From an uncultured virus (IMG/VR IMGVR_UViG_3300033153_002864) (lineage: Duplodnaviria > Heunggongvirae > Uroviricota > Caudoviricetes): DNA of 20,000 bases. Position 1 is the stretch's first letter, and each line of letters begins with the position of its first letter. The notes under the pieces are model-generated. The model made no database searches and was not told where the DNA came from. It saw only the letters and a program-made list of their open reading frames with translations. Below, in pieces: positions 8,540 to 17,057 of this stretch. A program made the position numbers and the translations under genes. The DNA is taken from the IMG/VR virus record IMGVR_UViG_3300033153_002864; one strand, written 5' to 3'.

Positions 8540-8809
8540 CTATTTTTTATACTTTTTACCATAAGCTGTTTTTTTATCTTTTCGCTTTCTTAAATTAATG
8601 TTTTTACTTTCTTTTTTCACTTTTCGCTTGTAATGAGATGATAATTTAAGGACAAAAAAGCCCTTTATGTTTATCTCCTCGTTACGAAGCATTAACTGTC
8701 TTAATCCAAAGTAAAACTTCCTAATAATTAGGTGTACTACTTTAGGGTCTAAATCAGTCTTTTTAGAAATTTCAGCAATAATTTTGCTGTGTTTATACTT
8801 CTTTCTCAT
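8540..8809 (-). CDS. HU/IHF-like DNA-binding protein
   Basis: Pattern IIAEISKKTDL...V..II..F...L...EEINIKGF, followed by a very basic tail. Confidence 0.7.
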   Translation of the reverse strand: MRKKYKHSKIIAEISKKTDLDPKVVHLIIRKFYFGLRQLMLRNEEINIKGFFVLKLSSHYKRKVKKESKNINLRKRKDKKTAYGKKYKK

Positions 8810-10227
8810 TATGAAAATTCTTCACTGTTAGGTAAATCTCCTAGTTGATCATGCTTTAGCAATTTCATTTCTTCGTAGCTATTACTCATAAATTTGGCTT
8901 TGCTAGATTGAAATGCTATTTCAACCATTCCCATACCCGTAGACCTTCCTTTAGCAAATATCAATTCAGCATATTCAATGTTTGGAATACCACCCTGGAT
9001 ATTAAAATAAGCAGGTCTATGTACAAAACATACCATATCGGCATCTTGTTCAATAGCTCCTGATTCTCTTAAATCTCCTAGCGTTGGTCTTTTATCAGAC
9101 CTTTGATGAATTGCTCTATTAATCTGAGATAAGGCTATAATAGGGATTTTAAGTTCTAAAGCTAGATTCTTAAATTCTCTTGATATAATAGCTACTTCAT
9201 TCTCTCGATTAGAAGGTTTGCCCATATCGCAAGTTATTAGCTGTAGATAATCAATCATTATAAGTTTAACCTTATGTCTAATGACAAACTTTCTAATCCT
9301 ATTAGAAATATGAGAAAGCTTTCTTGAACGGTCATCAATCCAAAACTTCTTATTTTCAAATTGTCCAATAACCGTATCAAGTCTTTTTCTTTCATCTGTA
9401 GATATTAATCTTTGTCTTATTTTACTTAAATCAATATCAGCTTCTACGGCATACATTCTGTTTAATAATTGGGTTTGCCCCATTTCTAAAGAGAAGATTG
9501 CTACCTCAGTATCGTGTGTAATTTGATTTTTAAAGATTTCAAGAGCTAGTGCTGTTTTACCCATTGATGGTGCTGCAGCTATTATTATTAGTTCAGTAGG
9601 CTCAAAACAATAGATAAACTTATCTACTACTGCTATGTGCGACTGCACCAATATATCTCCTTTCTTCTTAGGCTCTAAACTTGCGTAAACTTCTTTGTTT
9701 GCTTTGTTTATATCAAACTCTTCAATATCTCCCATTTCCTGAATATCAACTATAGTTGTACTGATTCTATTAACCGTATCTTGAGGGTCAACCATATCAT
9801 TACAATCTTTATTAATATCTTCGGCCAGTACTGTTAATGCTCTTCTTTTTGCATATCCATTTAAGATCTCTACATGTTGCAATAAGTGATTATCTGAGTC
9901 AATTCTTTCACAAATACCGTTGAGGTGAACAATAAGGTCAAAACCTTTCTTCACTCCATACATAATATCAACATACTTTTTTTGAATAAGTTTGTCGGTA
10001 ACGGTAGCTATGTCAATTTTAGATACTTCTGAAAGCTCTTTAATGGCTTGATAGATGTATCTATTTTCTGTAGATGAAAACTCATTAATCGTTAATTGGT
10101 CTGCAACTCTAAAGTATGATTCTGGATAGTTTACAAATGTTGCTAAAACGACTTCTTCTACATCAGCATTAGACTGACCTATAAATTCGCTTTTACTCAT
10201 TAAATTAAATTGTAATTTATCATTCAT
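8809..10227 (-). CDS. dnaB: Replicative DNA helicase, DnaB family
   Basis: N-terminal DnaB domain plus motifs PSMGKT, FSLEM, IDYLQL, LSQINR, DLRESGAIEQDAD and AKGR. Confidence 0.95.
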   Translation of the reverse strand: MNDKLQFNLMSKSEFIGQSNADVEEVVLATFVNYPESYFRVADQLTINEFSSTENRYIYQAIKELSEVSKIDIATVTDKLIQKKYVDIMYGVKKGFDLIVHLNGICERIDSDNHLLQHVEILNGYAKRRALTVLAEDINKDCNDMVDPQDTVNRISTTIVDIQEMGDIEEFDINKANKEVYASLEPKKKGDILVQSHIAVVDKFIYCFEPTELIIIAAAPSMGKTALALEIFKNQITHDTEVAIFSLEMGQTQLLNRMYAVEADIDLSKIRQRLISTDERKRLDTVIGQFENKKFWIDDRSRKLSHISNRIRKFVIRHKVKLIMIDYLQLITCDMGKPSNRENEVAIISREFKNLALELKIPIIALSQINRAIHQRSDKRPTLGDLRESGAIEQDADMVCFVHRPAYFNIQGGIPNIEYAELIFAKGRSTGMGMVEIAFQSSKAKFMSNSYEEMKLLKHDQLGDLPNSEEFS

Positions 10228-10247
10228 ATTATCTAAATTTTTAATTC

Positions 10248-10285
10248 AAAGAGCCACAAAGAACTTTCGTTCCTTGCAACTCTTT
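10248..10285 (-). repeat. GGCTCT hairpin element, copy 4 (long form)
   Basis: mRNA AAAGAGUUGCAAGGAAC-GAAA-GUUCUUUGUGGCUCUUU, 17 bp with four G-U pairs and a GNRA loop. Confidence 0.9.
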
Positions 10286-10290
10286 AGTTT

Positions 10291-11931
10291 TTACATTAAT
10301 AATCCTTGACCATTATCATCAAAACTTGGAATATCTTCAATATATTGAATTTCTTTAGGTTTTTCAGATTTCGGTTGAGGTTTAGCTTTTGGCTGATATT
10401 TAGCCATTTCCTCCTCATACATACCTTCTGGTAGCCAATTCTTTTGAGCTGCCGCCCTAATGTTGAATTGTTCCCATAGTTTTTTATCCTTAAACCTTAA
10501 ATGTGCTGTACCTTTCTTATAAAACTTAATTTCAAAGAACTCGCTTTCACAAGTATTATCAAACTTATCTCCTGTTTTAACTTTTCCAATCTCTTTAAAT
10601 TTAATTTGCAAAGCATCAGTCATAAGTCTAATATTATTATAGTCTTTACCTGTAATGTAGCATAATACTTTGTCTAAATCATTATACTTGTCTCTACGGC
10701 TAAATGCAGCACTAAAAGTATCTCCCCAATCTTTTAATTGCCACGCACTCATATATGCTCCATATTCAACAACTCGTGGAGCAACAAGTCTTCTGTTGAC
10801 TTTGTAGGCGTCGTTAGTTTTCCATCCTTCTACTTTCATTCTATTTTCATGAGTATAAGTAGTCAATTCATCAAAGACCTCAAGGATTGCTTTTTCAAGT
10901 ATATTTCCAGCATTCATCATAATCATTTCAAAAAATGCTTGAGTATTGTCTTTAGTAAAAGCCATTTTACTTTGTTGTTTAATAAATTTATCAAAGTTAT
11001 TAATGACTTGGCTTGACATGTACTTTTCCATATTAAGATGTGAAATTACTGTTTGCCACATTTCTCCTTTAACTTTTTGTGCAAAATAATTATACCTATC
11101 CTTATAAGTTCCTGAAGGAGTTGTTACATCTTCAAATTTGGTATATGTTCTTAATAGATTTTTTGTGTAATGAGTAAACTTAGCTTCCGCCTCCATATGT
11201 TCAACATAAGCATCTTTAGCTTTATCGAAAATATGTATTAGATTTCCTATAACATCTTTTCTTGCTATTTCATTAGTGGAAAAATCTTCTCCGATTTCAA
11301 TGTCTGGACTTTCAGAATCATTAAAATTAAAAGTAAATCTTTCAGATCTAGCTGGAACATGCACTTTTACAATAGCTATTTCTACATCAGTAGTTCTTTC
11401 AGCGTTTGTAAATGCTTTTGAATGGTATTCGACAGAACAATGTCCATCTCTTGAATACCCATCTAACAGTGCATCTAATTCCTTTCTTTTTTGACTAAAT
11501 GGATTTTTTAAAGTTTCAGCATTGAGGATGCATACAATATTTGTATCGTCTGCTATTTCGATTGCTTTCAATAAATGTTCAGCTCCATTAGAAAATGGTG
11601 GGTTCATAATAATATGATCGTAATACATATCACATTCATACGTTAAAAAATCCTCACTAACCATTTGATAATCTTTATCTTTCAAAATAGCTTGTAATTC
11701 AGGATGTTGTTCGCAAACATAATTTTCTTTATGCGCTCTTCTGCCGGTTTCTTTACATATAAAGTCTAGTATATCCCCTTTGCCTGCTGACGGCTCTAAA
11801 ATAGAGCCTTTAATAATATAGCCATCCGCATACCTTCCGTTAATACCTCCTTTATGGTATTTTCCTTTATATTGTTCTAGCATTATTTCAATAACCTCTT
11901 TAGGTGTTGGAAAAAATTCTTTATCAAACAT
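10291..11931 (-). CDS. Amino (N6A/N4C)-DNA methyltransferase fused to DUF4942-like domain
   Basis: Motifs FFPTP, LEPSAGKG and MNPPF, plus C-terminal GWKTN and FEIKFYKKGTAHLRF. Confidence 0.85.
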   Translation of the reverse strand: MFDKEFFPTPKEVIEIMLEQYKGKYHKGGINGRYADGYIIKGSILEPSAGKGDILDFICKETGRRAHKENYVCEQHPELQAILKDKDYQMVSEDFLTYECDMYYDHIIMNPPFSNGAEHLLKAIEIADDTNIVCILNAETLKNPFSQKRKELDALLDGYSRDGHCSVEYHSKAFTNAERTTDVEIAIVKVHVPARSERFTFNFNDSESPDIEIGEDFSTNEIARKDVIGNLIHIFDKAKDAYVEHMEAEAKFTHYTKNLLRTYTKFEDVTTPSGTYKDRYNYFAQKVKGEMWQTVISHLNMEKYMSSQVINNFDKFIKQQSKMAFTKDNTQAFFEMIMMNAGNILEKAILEVFDELTTYTHENRMKVEGWKTNDAYKVNRRLVAPRVVEYGAYMSAWQLKDWGDTFSAAFSRRDKYNDLDKVLCYITGKDYNNIRLMTDALQIKFKEIGKVKTGDKFDNTCESEFFEIKFYKKGTAHLRFKDKKLWEQFNIRAAAQKNWLPEGMYEEEMAKYQPKAKPQPKSEKPKEIQYIEDIPSFDDNGQGLLM

Positions 11932-11954
11932 AATTTTAGTTTTAAGTTAATAAC

Positions 11955-11974
11955 ATAGAGCCGTTAAGCTCTAT
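11955..11974 (-). repeat. GGCTCT hairpin element, copy 5
   Basis: mRNA AUAGAGCU-UAAC-GGCUCUAU. Confidence 0.9.
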
Positions 11975-11978
11975 ATTA

Positions 11979-12869
11979 TTATGCTGCTTCATTTAAAATT
12001 CCTAAATATTCAATAGCTTTAAATGCATCTTTCATTGCATCATACACTATCATTTTATCATTCTTTAAGGATGTGAGCCAAGACTGAATATAAGCTGCAT
12101 TATTATCTACAACATCACTTTCAATACCAGCTTTACTACAAAGAAATGCTGAGGTTAATTCAGCTACCAATTCTTCACGAGCATATCCTTTACTTCCAAA
12201 CTTATGATGTCCAATAATTCCATCTCTGTCCAATCTATTAGAATGTCCTGTAGAATGAGCCATTTCGTGAAATAATGTACAATAATACCCTTCGGGTTTA
12301 TGGAAGTATTCTCTATTAGGCATTGTAATCGCATCTGCTCCTGGTCTATAAAAAGCTTTTTGTCCATTGTCATGAGAATATGGTGCTACCTTGTCTACAA
12401 ACGTAGATAATAATGCATCACAACTCTCAATGGGATTGAAAACTGTTAAGTTCTCTTCTTCAAACTTCTTCTTTTCCTCTGCAAAGGGATTCTCAATACC
12501 CTCTATCTGCTCTAAATTGAATACAGTAGACTTACGTAACATTGGGTATCTTACTTCCTTACCATCAACTTCTTTCTCAATGAAACTGAAATAAATAATA
12601 GGAATACCATGCTCTCCTTTTTTTACATTACCACCCAATTCTTTGGATTGTTTGTATGTTAACCAATAAGGCGTTGCTCTATCTTCAAACATTGCTTGAA
12701 AGAAATTACAGCCTTTATAAACTTTCTTACTTATAAAATTCTGAGGATAACCGAACTGAACCGATTTCCAAGGTTTTTTCCAAGGGATTTCCCCCTGTTC
12801 TAATTTACTGACAATTTTATCAGTTAACTGTTGATATACGTCTACTTTAGTCTTCTTCTTCTTCGTCAT
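11979..12869 (-). CDS. ardC: ArdC-family antirestriction/ssDNA-binding protein with zincin-like domain
   Basis: Motifs PWKKPW, YKGCN, WLTYKQ...GGNVKKGEHG, VFNLEQ, HEMAHSTGH, YAREELVAE and YIQSWL. ATG at 12869 preferred. Confidence 0.9.
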   Translation of the reverse strand: MTKKKKTKVDVYQQLTDKIVSKLEQGEIPWKKPWKSVQFGYPQNFISKKVYKGCNFFQAMFEDRATPYWLTYKQSKELGGNVKKGEHGIPIIYFSFIEKEVDGKEVRYPMLRKSTVFNLEQIEGIENPFAEEKKKFEEENLTVFNPIESCDALLSTFVDKVAPYSHDNGQKAFYRPGADAITMPNREYFHKPEGYYCTLFHEMAHSTGHSNRLDRDGIIGHHKFGSKGYAREELVAELTSAFLCSKAGIESDVVDNNAAYIQSWLTSLKNDKMIVYDAMKDAFKAIEYLGILNEAA

Positions 12870-12987
12870 ATCCGTAAGGATTTTTAATATTATCTTCTCC
12901 ACAAGTTCCGCAATAAGCTAACTTTGGGTTCTCTTTATCTTTTCCTAAATTGTCAAGACAATTAGGACATCTTAAATCTGTTGCCAT
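12847..12987 (-). CDS. 46-aa zinc-ribbon protein with acidic tail (not in ORF track)
   Basis: MATDLRCPNCLDNLGKDKENPKLAYCGTCGEDNIKNPYGYDEEEED*. Confidence 0.7.
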   Translation of the reverse strand: MATDLRCPNCLDNLGKDKENPKLAYCGTCGEDNIKNPYGYDEEEED

Positions 12988-12989
12988 AG

Positions 12990-13379
12990 TTATTGTTTTA
13001 TTAGTTTAATTAATGATTCAATTTCTTTTTTATATTTAGGACTTACGCCTATTTCTCCTAGAGCTTTATTTGCTGAAACAGTACAAGTTGAATGTGCTCT
13101 ATTCATTATATCTCCAGTTTTATGAGCTGTATAGCCTTGTTCATGATGAAAAATATAGGACAAGGCTCTTTTGCATTGTCTTTCATTTGTCATCCCATGA
13201 CCTCTTGATTTTGCACTACTTTTTGTAGTTACAGCTCTTCGTGTTGTTTCGTAATATTTACATACAATATCAAATGTTTTATTTATAAGGTCTTCCCTTT
13301 CAAGTATTGTACGTCTTTTAATTTCTATTTTTAATTCTCCCATAGAGAATTTTGATAATTCTTTTATAATATCTCCCAT
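12990..13379 (-). CDS. DnaA C-terminal-like helix-turn-helix DNA-binding protein
   Basis: VCKYY...GDIMNRAHSTCT resembles the DnaA domain IV pattern G..F.RDHSTV. Start revised to MGDIIK. Confidence 0.6.
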   Translation of the reverse strand: MGDIIKELSKFSMGELKIEIKRRTILEREDLINKTFDIVCKYYETTRRAVTTKSSAKSRGHGMTNERQCKRALSYIFHHEQGYTAHKTGDIMNRAHSTCTVSANKALGEIGVSPKYKKEIESLIKLIKQ

Positions 13380-13398
13380 GTAAGTAAGTTTAATTAAT

Positions 13399-13426
13399 AT
13401 CATAGAGCCACAAAGGACTCTATGAT
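13399..13426 (-). repeat. GGCTCT hairpin element, copy 6
   Basis: mRNA AUCAUAGAGUC-CUUUGU-GGCUCUAUGAU. Confidence 0.9.
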
Positions 13427-13428
13427 GT

Positions 13429-13659
13429 TTATTTTTCAGCTTTAATTATAGGTCTTGTATCTCCTGACTCATCTACTGTTGATGCATCTCTCAATATATT
13501 TATAGCATCAGCTAAATCTTTTTGTCTTTTAGTAAGCTTAACTATAGCCTTGCTCATTTCTGCACCTGGCTTATGTTTTCCTAGAACATCTCTTATCCTG
13601 TCAAGCTCAAGCCCTATTTCTTCAAATTTCTGTTTTAATACTTGTTCTGGATATATCAT
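13429..13659 (-). CDS. Hypothetical coiled-coil protein
   Basis: 76 aa, ATGA-coupled to ThiF. Confidence 0.7.
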   Translation of the reverse strand: MIYPEQVLKQKFEEIGLELDRIRDVLGKHKPGAEMSKAIVKLTKRQKDLADAINILRDASTVDESGDTRPIIKAEK

Positions 13660-14411
13660 AATTTAATAGGTTTAGTGTTGCAAGTTTTAAGATTAACAAA
13701 TCCTCCTTGATGAGAAATAACATACTTAGTTAATAAATCCCAAATAAGGTTCATACCTGTGCTAACCAAAACTGAATTGATAAATAAATCTTGTTTTAAT
13801 AGTGCTTCCCTGGTACTACAACTTGGAGTACTAATATCCTCATTTTCTTCCATATTTGGAAATAAACTAAAAACATTTTTAAGGATAGATATTGTTTCAT
13901 ATTTAGAATTAGGCTGCTCAATCAAAGCAGAAGCCAAAACAAACTGACCAAAATCTTTACCATTACCAAAATCTAACCAGTAGTACGATTTTTGATAATC
14001 CGTTTTCATTTCAGAGCATGAAATATAAGCACTATGTATCTCTTTTCTTGTCTTAACATTATCAACACAAGAAATTATGATATTAGTACCTTTCCATTCA
14101 TCACTAAACTTTTTTGGTATTGCTACCCAATCAAGTCCATAAAACCTATTTAATCTAGTAATCATAACAGAAGCTTTATAATCTCCCAAATCTTGAGGGG
14201 AAAACTTCTGTCTACCAATATTAGGCTGCTCTACTATATCATCATCAATAGCTTGAACATGTAAACCAGGATGATCTAATTCTAATAAGCTACAATGTAT
14301 TTTTGCTAAGTCGTTTAAGACTTGCGTTCCATTACCACCTACACCAACTACTGTTACAGTAATTGGATGTAATGGCTCTATAAAATATTGTGGGGCATAG
14401 TGTACTTTCAT
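13656..14411 (-). CDS. PRTRC system ThiF/E1-like activating enzyme
   Basis: Motifs VVGVGGNG, DDDIVEQPNIGRQ, SCVDN, YWLDFGN, PSCS (candidate catalytic Cys) and QDLFIN. Confidence 0.9.
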   Translation of the reverse strand: MKVHYAPQYFIEPLHPITVTVVGVGGNGTQVLNDLAKIHCSLLELDHPGLHVQAIDDDIVEQPNIGRQKFSPQDLGDYKASVMITRLNRFYGLDWVAIPKKFSDEWKGTNIIISCVDNVKTRKEIHSAYISCSEMKTDYQKSYYWLDFGNGKDFGQFVLASALIEQPNSKYETISILKNVFSLFPNMEENEDISTPSCSTREALLKQDLFINSVLVSTGMNLIWDLLTKYVISHQGGFVNLKTCNTKPIKL

Positions 14412-14686
14412 AATGTTGCTTTATTAATTGCTATATCCATTACTTGTTGAAGCTCTATTTCACTCCTATGTTCCTTTTTTATTCCAAGATTGTAAATTAT
14501 AGTTTTAGCTTCTTTTAACGCATCTAACAAGTCAGGTGCAGCAGCTATTAGTTTTAAATTAGCTTTAGCTTCTTCCCCTTTACTAATTGGATTTTCTTGA
14601 AAAACTTTTGCTATAGCAAATTCATTTGATTTTGGTGTAATCCAAGAATCATTTATAACCCACTTTCCTTCTGTATGTTTATTCAT
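14408..14686 (-). CDS. Small conserved phage hypothetical protein
   Basis: KHTEGKW...ANLKLIAAAPDLLDAL pattern, common in small phage ORFs. Confidence 0.7.
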   Translation of the reverse strand: MNKHTEGKWVINDSWITPKSNEFAIAKVFQENPISKGEEAKANLKLIAAAPDLLDALKEAKTIIYNLGIKKEHRSEIELQQVMDIAINKATL

Positions 14687-15375
14687 AATAAATCCTCCAC
14701 TGTTTTGTTAATATCCAACAATACACTCCTATCAAAGAGTTTCTTGCCTTTAATTTGTTCATTAATAAATGTGTTCAAGTTTCCCTTTATAGGGCTACCG
14801 CCTGATTGTAAATGACTGAACTTAGACATAAAGAATCCATCTTCCCAGCCTTTCATCAATTTCTTGACATTGGTTGATTTGATAACTCTTGAATTTCCCA
14901 TACATACACCACCATTATCAAAAATATTGTGAAATGGAGCTCTGTATAGCTTTGTTTTTTCAGTAACATTATTTGTTTTAGCCGCATACATACTTAAACC
15001 ATTACCTTTCAGCTTGAATACGAGTGTAGGCAAGTGCATCACTCCATCTTTAATTCCCAATCCTTTTGAAAAGGTTAAGTTTCTATTTGATGACTTGATA
15101 TACCATATCATATTGGCTTCAACATTTTTGTTACTGTAGTGTAATAGATTTTTGGGTAAGAATCCTTCGCAATTTATTTTATGTAATTTTTGAGGATCTA
15201 TTTCCTCTAGCATACCTCCTAATAATTTTTTAGTCAAAGGAACTCCCTCTAACATTTGATAGCAATTATTCTTATTTACAATTTTTCTTGATTCGAGGTA
15301 ATTTTGACCTCCATCTTGAGAGTAAACAACAATAGCTACACTTGGTATAAAATCTTCTTTAATTAAATCATTCAT
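14683..15375 (-). CDS. PRTRC system protein B (prokaryotic E2 family D-like)
   Basis: Motifs LPKNLL, LPTLVF, LYRAPFHNI..GGVCMG (candidate Cys) and WEDGFFMSKFSH. Sits upstream of ThiF. Confidence 0.85.
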   Translation of the reverse strand: MNDLIKEDFIPSVAIVVYSQDGGQNYLESRKIVNKNNCYQMLEGVPLTKKLLGGMLEEIDPQKLHKINCEGFLPKNLLHYSNKNVEANMIWYIKSSNRNLTFSKGLGIKDGVMHLPTLVFKLKGNGLSMYAAKTNNVTEKTKLYRAPFHNIFDNGGVCMGNSRVIKSTNVKKLMKGWEDGFFMSKFSHLQSGGSPIKGNLNTFINEQIKGKKLFDRSVLLDINKTVEDLL

Positions 15376-15385
15376 ATTTTAAATT

Positions 15386-15412
15386 TACAAAGAGCCGATA
15401 AGGCCCTCTGCA
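15386..15412 (-). repeat. GGCTCT hairpin element, copy 7
   Basis: mRNA UGCAGAGGGCC-UUAUC-GGCUCUUUGUA, 11 bp with three G-U pairs. Confidence 0.85.
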
Positions 15413-15413
15413 A

Positions 15414-16535
15414 TCATTCATTCAGATAATTAGTTAATGTTTGTAATTCATTCATCATACTTGTATATAAGAATGGATTATCACTAAATTCTTTTTCTTT
15501 TTCATTAAAGATTACATCTCTAAAAGGAGATGTGCCACCTTCATTCCAACAAGAAGTCATATACATACTAACATCTGAACCAATCCAACCTCCTTCATCA
15601 TCTAAAGCCCATCCAAAATATGAATAACATGCTGGTGTCAAAGGTGTGTGATATTCTTCTTCACTTAAAAAAACAAAACTATAATTATTAGGGTTTATCC
15701 CCATGTTCATAGTGTCTATTACATTTTTAAATGTTTCAATACATCTTCTTTCGATTGTGTTTAATGGTTTAAATTCATTTATTAAACCTTTAAACTCTTT
15801 CAACGAAACTGTATTTCCCTTTATCTCTGCTTGTAAAGAAGCTAGAAATTCAGATTCATTCATTGCATCTTTTATATTATTGATTTCTTCTTTATCAAAA
15901 TATTTAGGATCGCTTATAGTTTCTTCAACTCTTTCAGAAATTTGGTCAATAGCCATATCGTGGAAATGATTATCCCACCACATAGCATTACCTCTTCTAA
16001 AAGATAATGAAAGGAACATAATGAATAGATTGTTTATTCTTTGATAATCTTTGTGACTTTCTTTTGTATAAAGAAAACGGAACTCAGGACAAGTATTCTC
16101 TTCCGGTATCGGATAGTCTATTGACCTTATTAAAATCCATTTATCTCCATATATTAAACTCCACTGTTCATCAGCATACAATTCCTCGTAACAACTTAAC
16201 ATCCAATGTAAAAAATCAGCCTCATCAGTATTTTCACTGAAATTAGGCTGCATAAATATTGAAATATCATCTTTTATAATAGGATAAATATCCTTTATAA
16301 CTTGAGAAAGACTGTCGTTAAACAGTCCTTCCCCAATCATAGATGATAATTTAATATTATTTATACTTTTTAAACTATTGGATGTAAGAAAATTGACATT
16401 GGCATTACTCGCTCCCTTTTTTCTTCTACCCCTTGGGATATGTTTGATTTGGTTTCGCTTAATATCAATGATGCTATTGATTGATGAAAACTTTTGTCTA
16501 TTGGTTCTATTTTTCTTTTCTTTCGTTCTTTGCAT
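15414..16535 (-). CDS. PRTRC-associated protein (position equivalent to protein F); start uncertain
   Basis: 373 aa, between protein C and protein B. Basic N-terminal 50 aa followed by an acidic body. Assignment by synteny only. Confidence 0.5.
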   Translation of the reverse strand: MQRTKEKKNRTNRQKFSSINSIIDIKRNQIKHIPRGRRKKGASNANVNFLTSNSLKSINNIKLSSMIGEGLFNDSLSQVIKDIYPIIKDDISIFMQPNFSENTDEADFLHWMLSCYEELYADEQWSLIYGDKWILIRSIDYPIPEENTCPEFRFLYTKESHKDYQRINNLFIMFLSLSFRRGNAMWWDNHFHDMAIDQISERVEETISDPKYFDKEEINNIKDAMNESEFLASLQAEIKGNTVSLKEFKGLINEFKPLNTIERRCIETFKNVIDTMNMGINPNNYSFVFLSEEEYHTPLTPACYSYFGWALDDEGGWIGSDVSMYMTSCWNEGGTSPFRDVIFNEKEKEFSDNPFLYTSMMNELQTLTNYLNE

Positions 16536-16564
16536 ACGAATTTATAGAATTGATTTGCGTTCAT
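16370..16564 (-). CDS. Possible overlapping small ORF (64 aa)
   Basis: ATG is coupled to the upstream TGA (ATGA). Overlaps the 373-aa ORF by 166 nt in another frame. Confidence 0.4.
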   Translation of the reverse strand: MNANQFYKFVCKERKKRKIEPIDKSFHQSIASLILSETKSNISQGVEEKRERVMPMSIFLHPIV

Positions 16565-16773
16565 AAATTATCTATTTTACTAAGTTTTGTAGCTTGTTCT
16601 AAGAAATAGCTATATACTTCTGGTATATGTTTTTTATAATAAGGTTGTTCTGACATACACCATTTTTTTAGGTCTGCCTTGTCTTTAAATGTTACAAAAG
16701 GAAATGTAACTTCAAGCTCATCAATAAAGTTTTGAACTGTCCATCCTTCCCAAATATGTTTATCTTTTCCCAT
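16561..16773 (-). CDS. Hypothetical protein
   Basis: 70 aa, following repeat copy 8. Confidence 0.75.
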   Translation of the reverse strand: MGKDKHIWEGWTVQNFIDELEVTFPFVTFKDKADLKKWCMSEQPYYKKHIPEVYSYFLEQATKLSKIDNL

Positions 16774-16789
16774 AATATAGTTTTAAAAT

Positions 16790-16813
16790 TCAGAGAGCCA
16801 TAAAGCTCTCTGA
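16790..16813 (-). repeat. GGCTCT hairpin element, copy 8
   Basis: mRNA UCAGAGAGCU-UUAU-GGCUCUCUGA. Confidence 0.9.
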
Positions 16814-16820
16814 TTGTTTT

Positions 16821-17054
16821 TTATAATAAAGTATCTGTTTCAATCTTTTCATATTGAAATTCCCCTTCTCCACTATATCCTTGTGTTTGTTCTAAATTAC
16901 CTAAGTTCCATTCTTGGTCACCACTAATTTCATAACCTTCTGCTTTTGCTTTTTCTTTACACAAAAGCATTGCATAAGCGCGATCAGAAGCAAGACCTAT
17001 AATATCTCTTGAGGCATAAGAATGATGTCCATCAGTTTTATAAACCAAAAACAT
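16821..17054 (-). CDS. Hypothetical protein
   Basis: 77 aa, starting 3 nt after the protein C stop. Confidence 0.75.
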   Translation of the reverse strand: MFLVYKTDGHHSYASRDIIGLASDRAYAMLLCKEKAKAEGYEISGDQEWNLGNLEQTQGYSGEGEFQYEKIETDTLL

Positions 17055-17057
17055 AAT

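Noticed and set aside
12164..12373. Alternate-frame ORF inside ardC (likewise 19212-19454 inside the ATPase)
   Set aside because: Both are fully nested in conserved domains, with no coupling or motif support.
16416..16422. A_AAA_AAG slippery heptamer in the 373-aa ORF
   Set aside because: A -1 shift here enters a frame that stops within a few codons and does not join the two overlapping ORFs.
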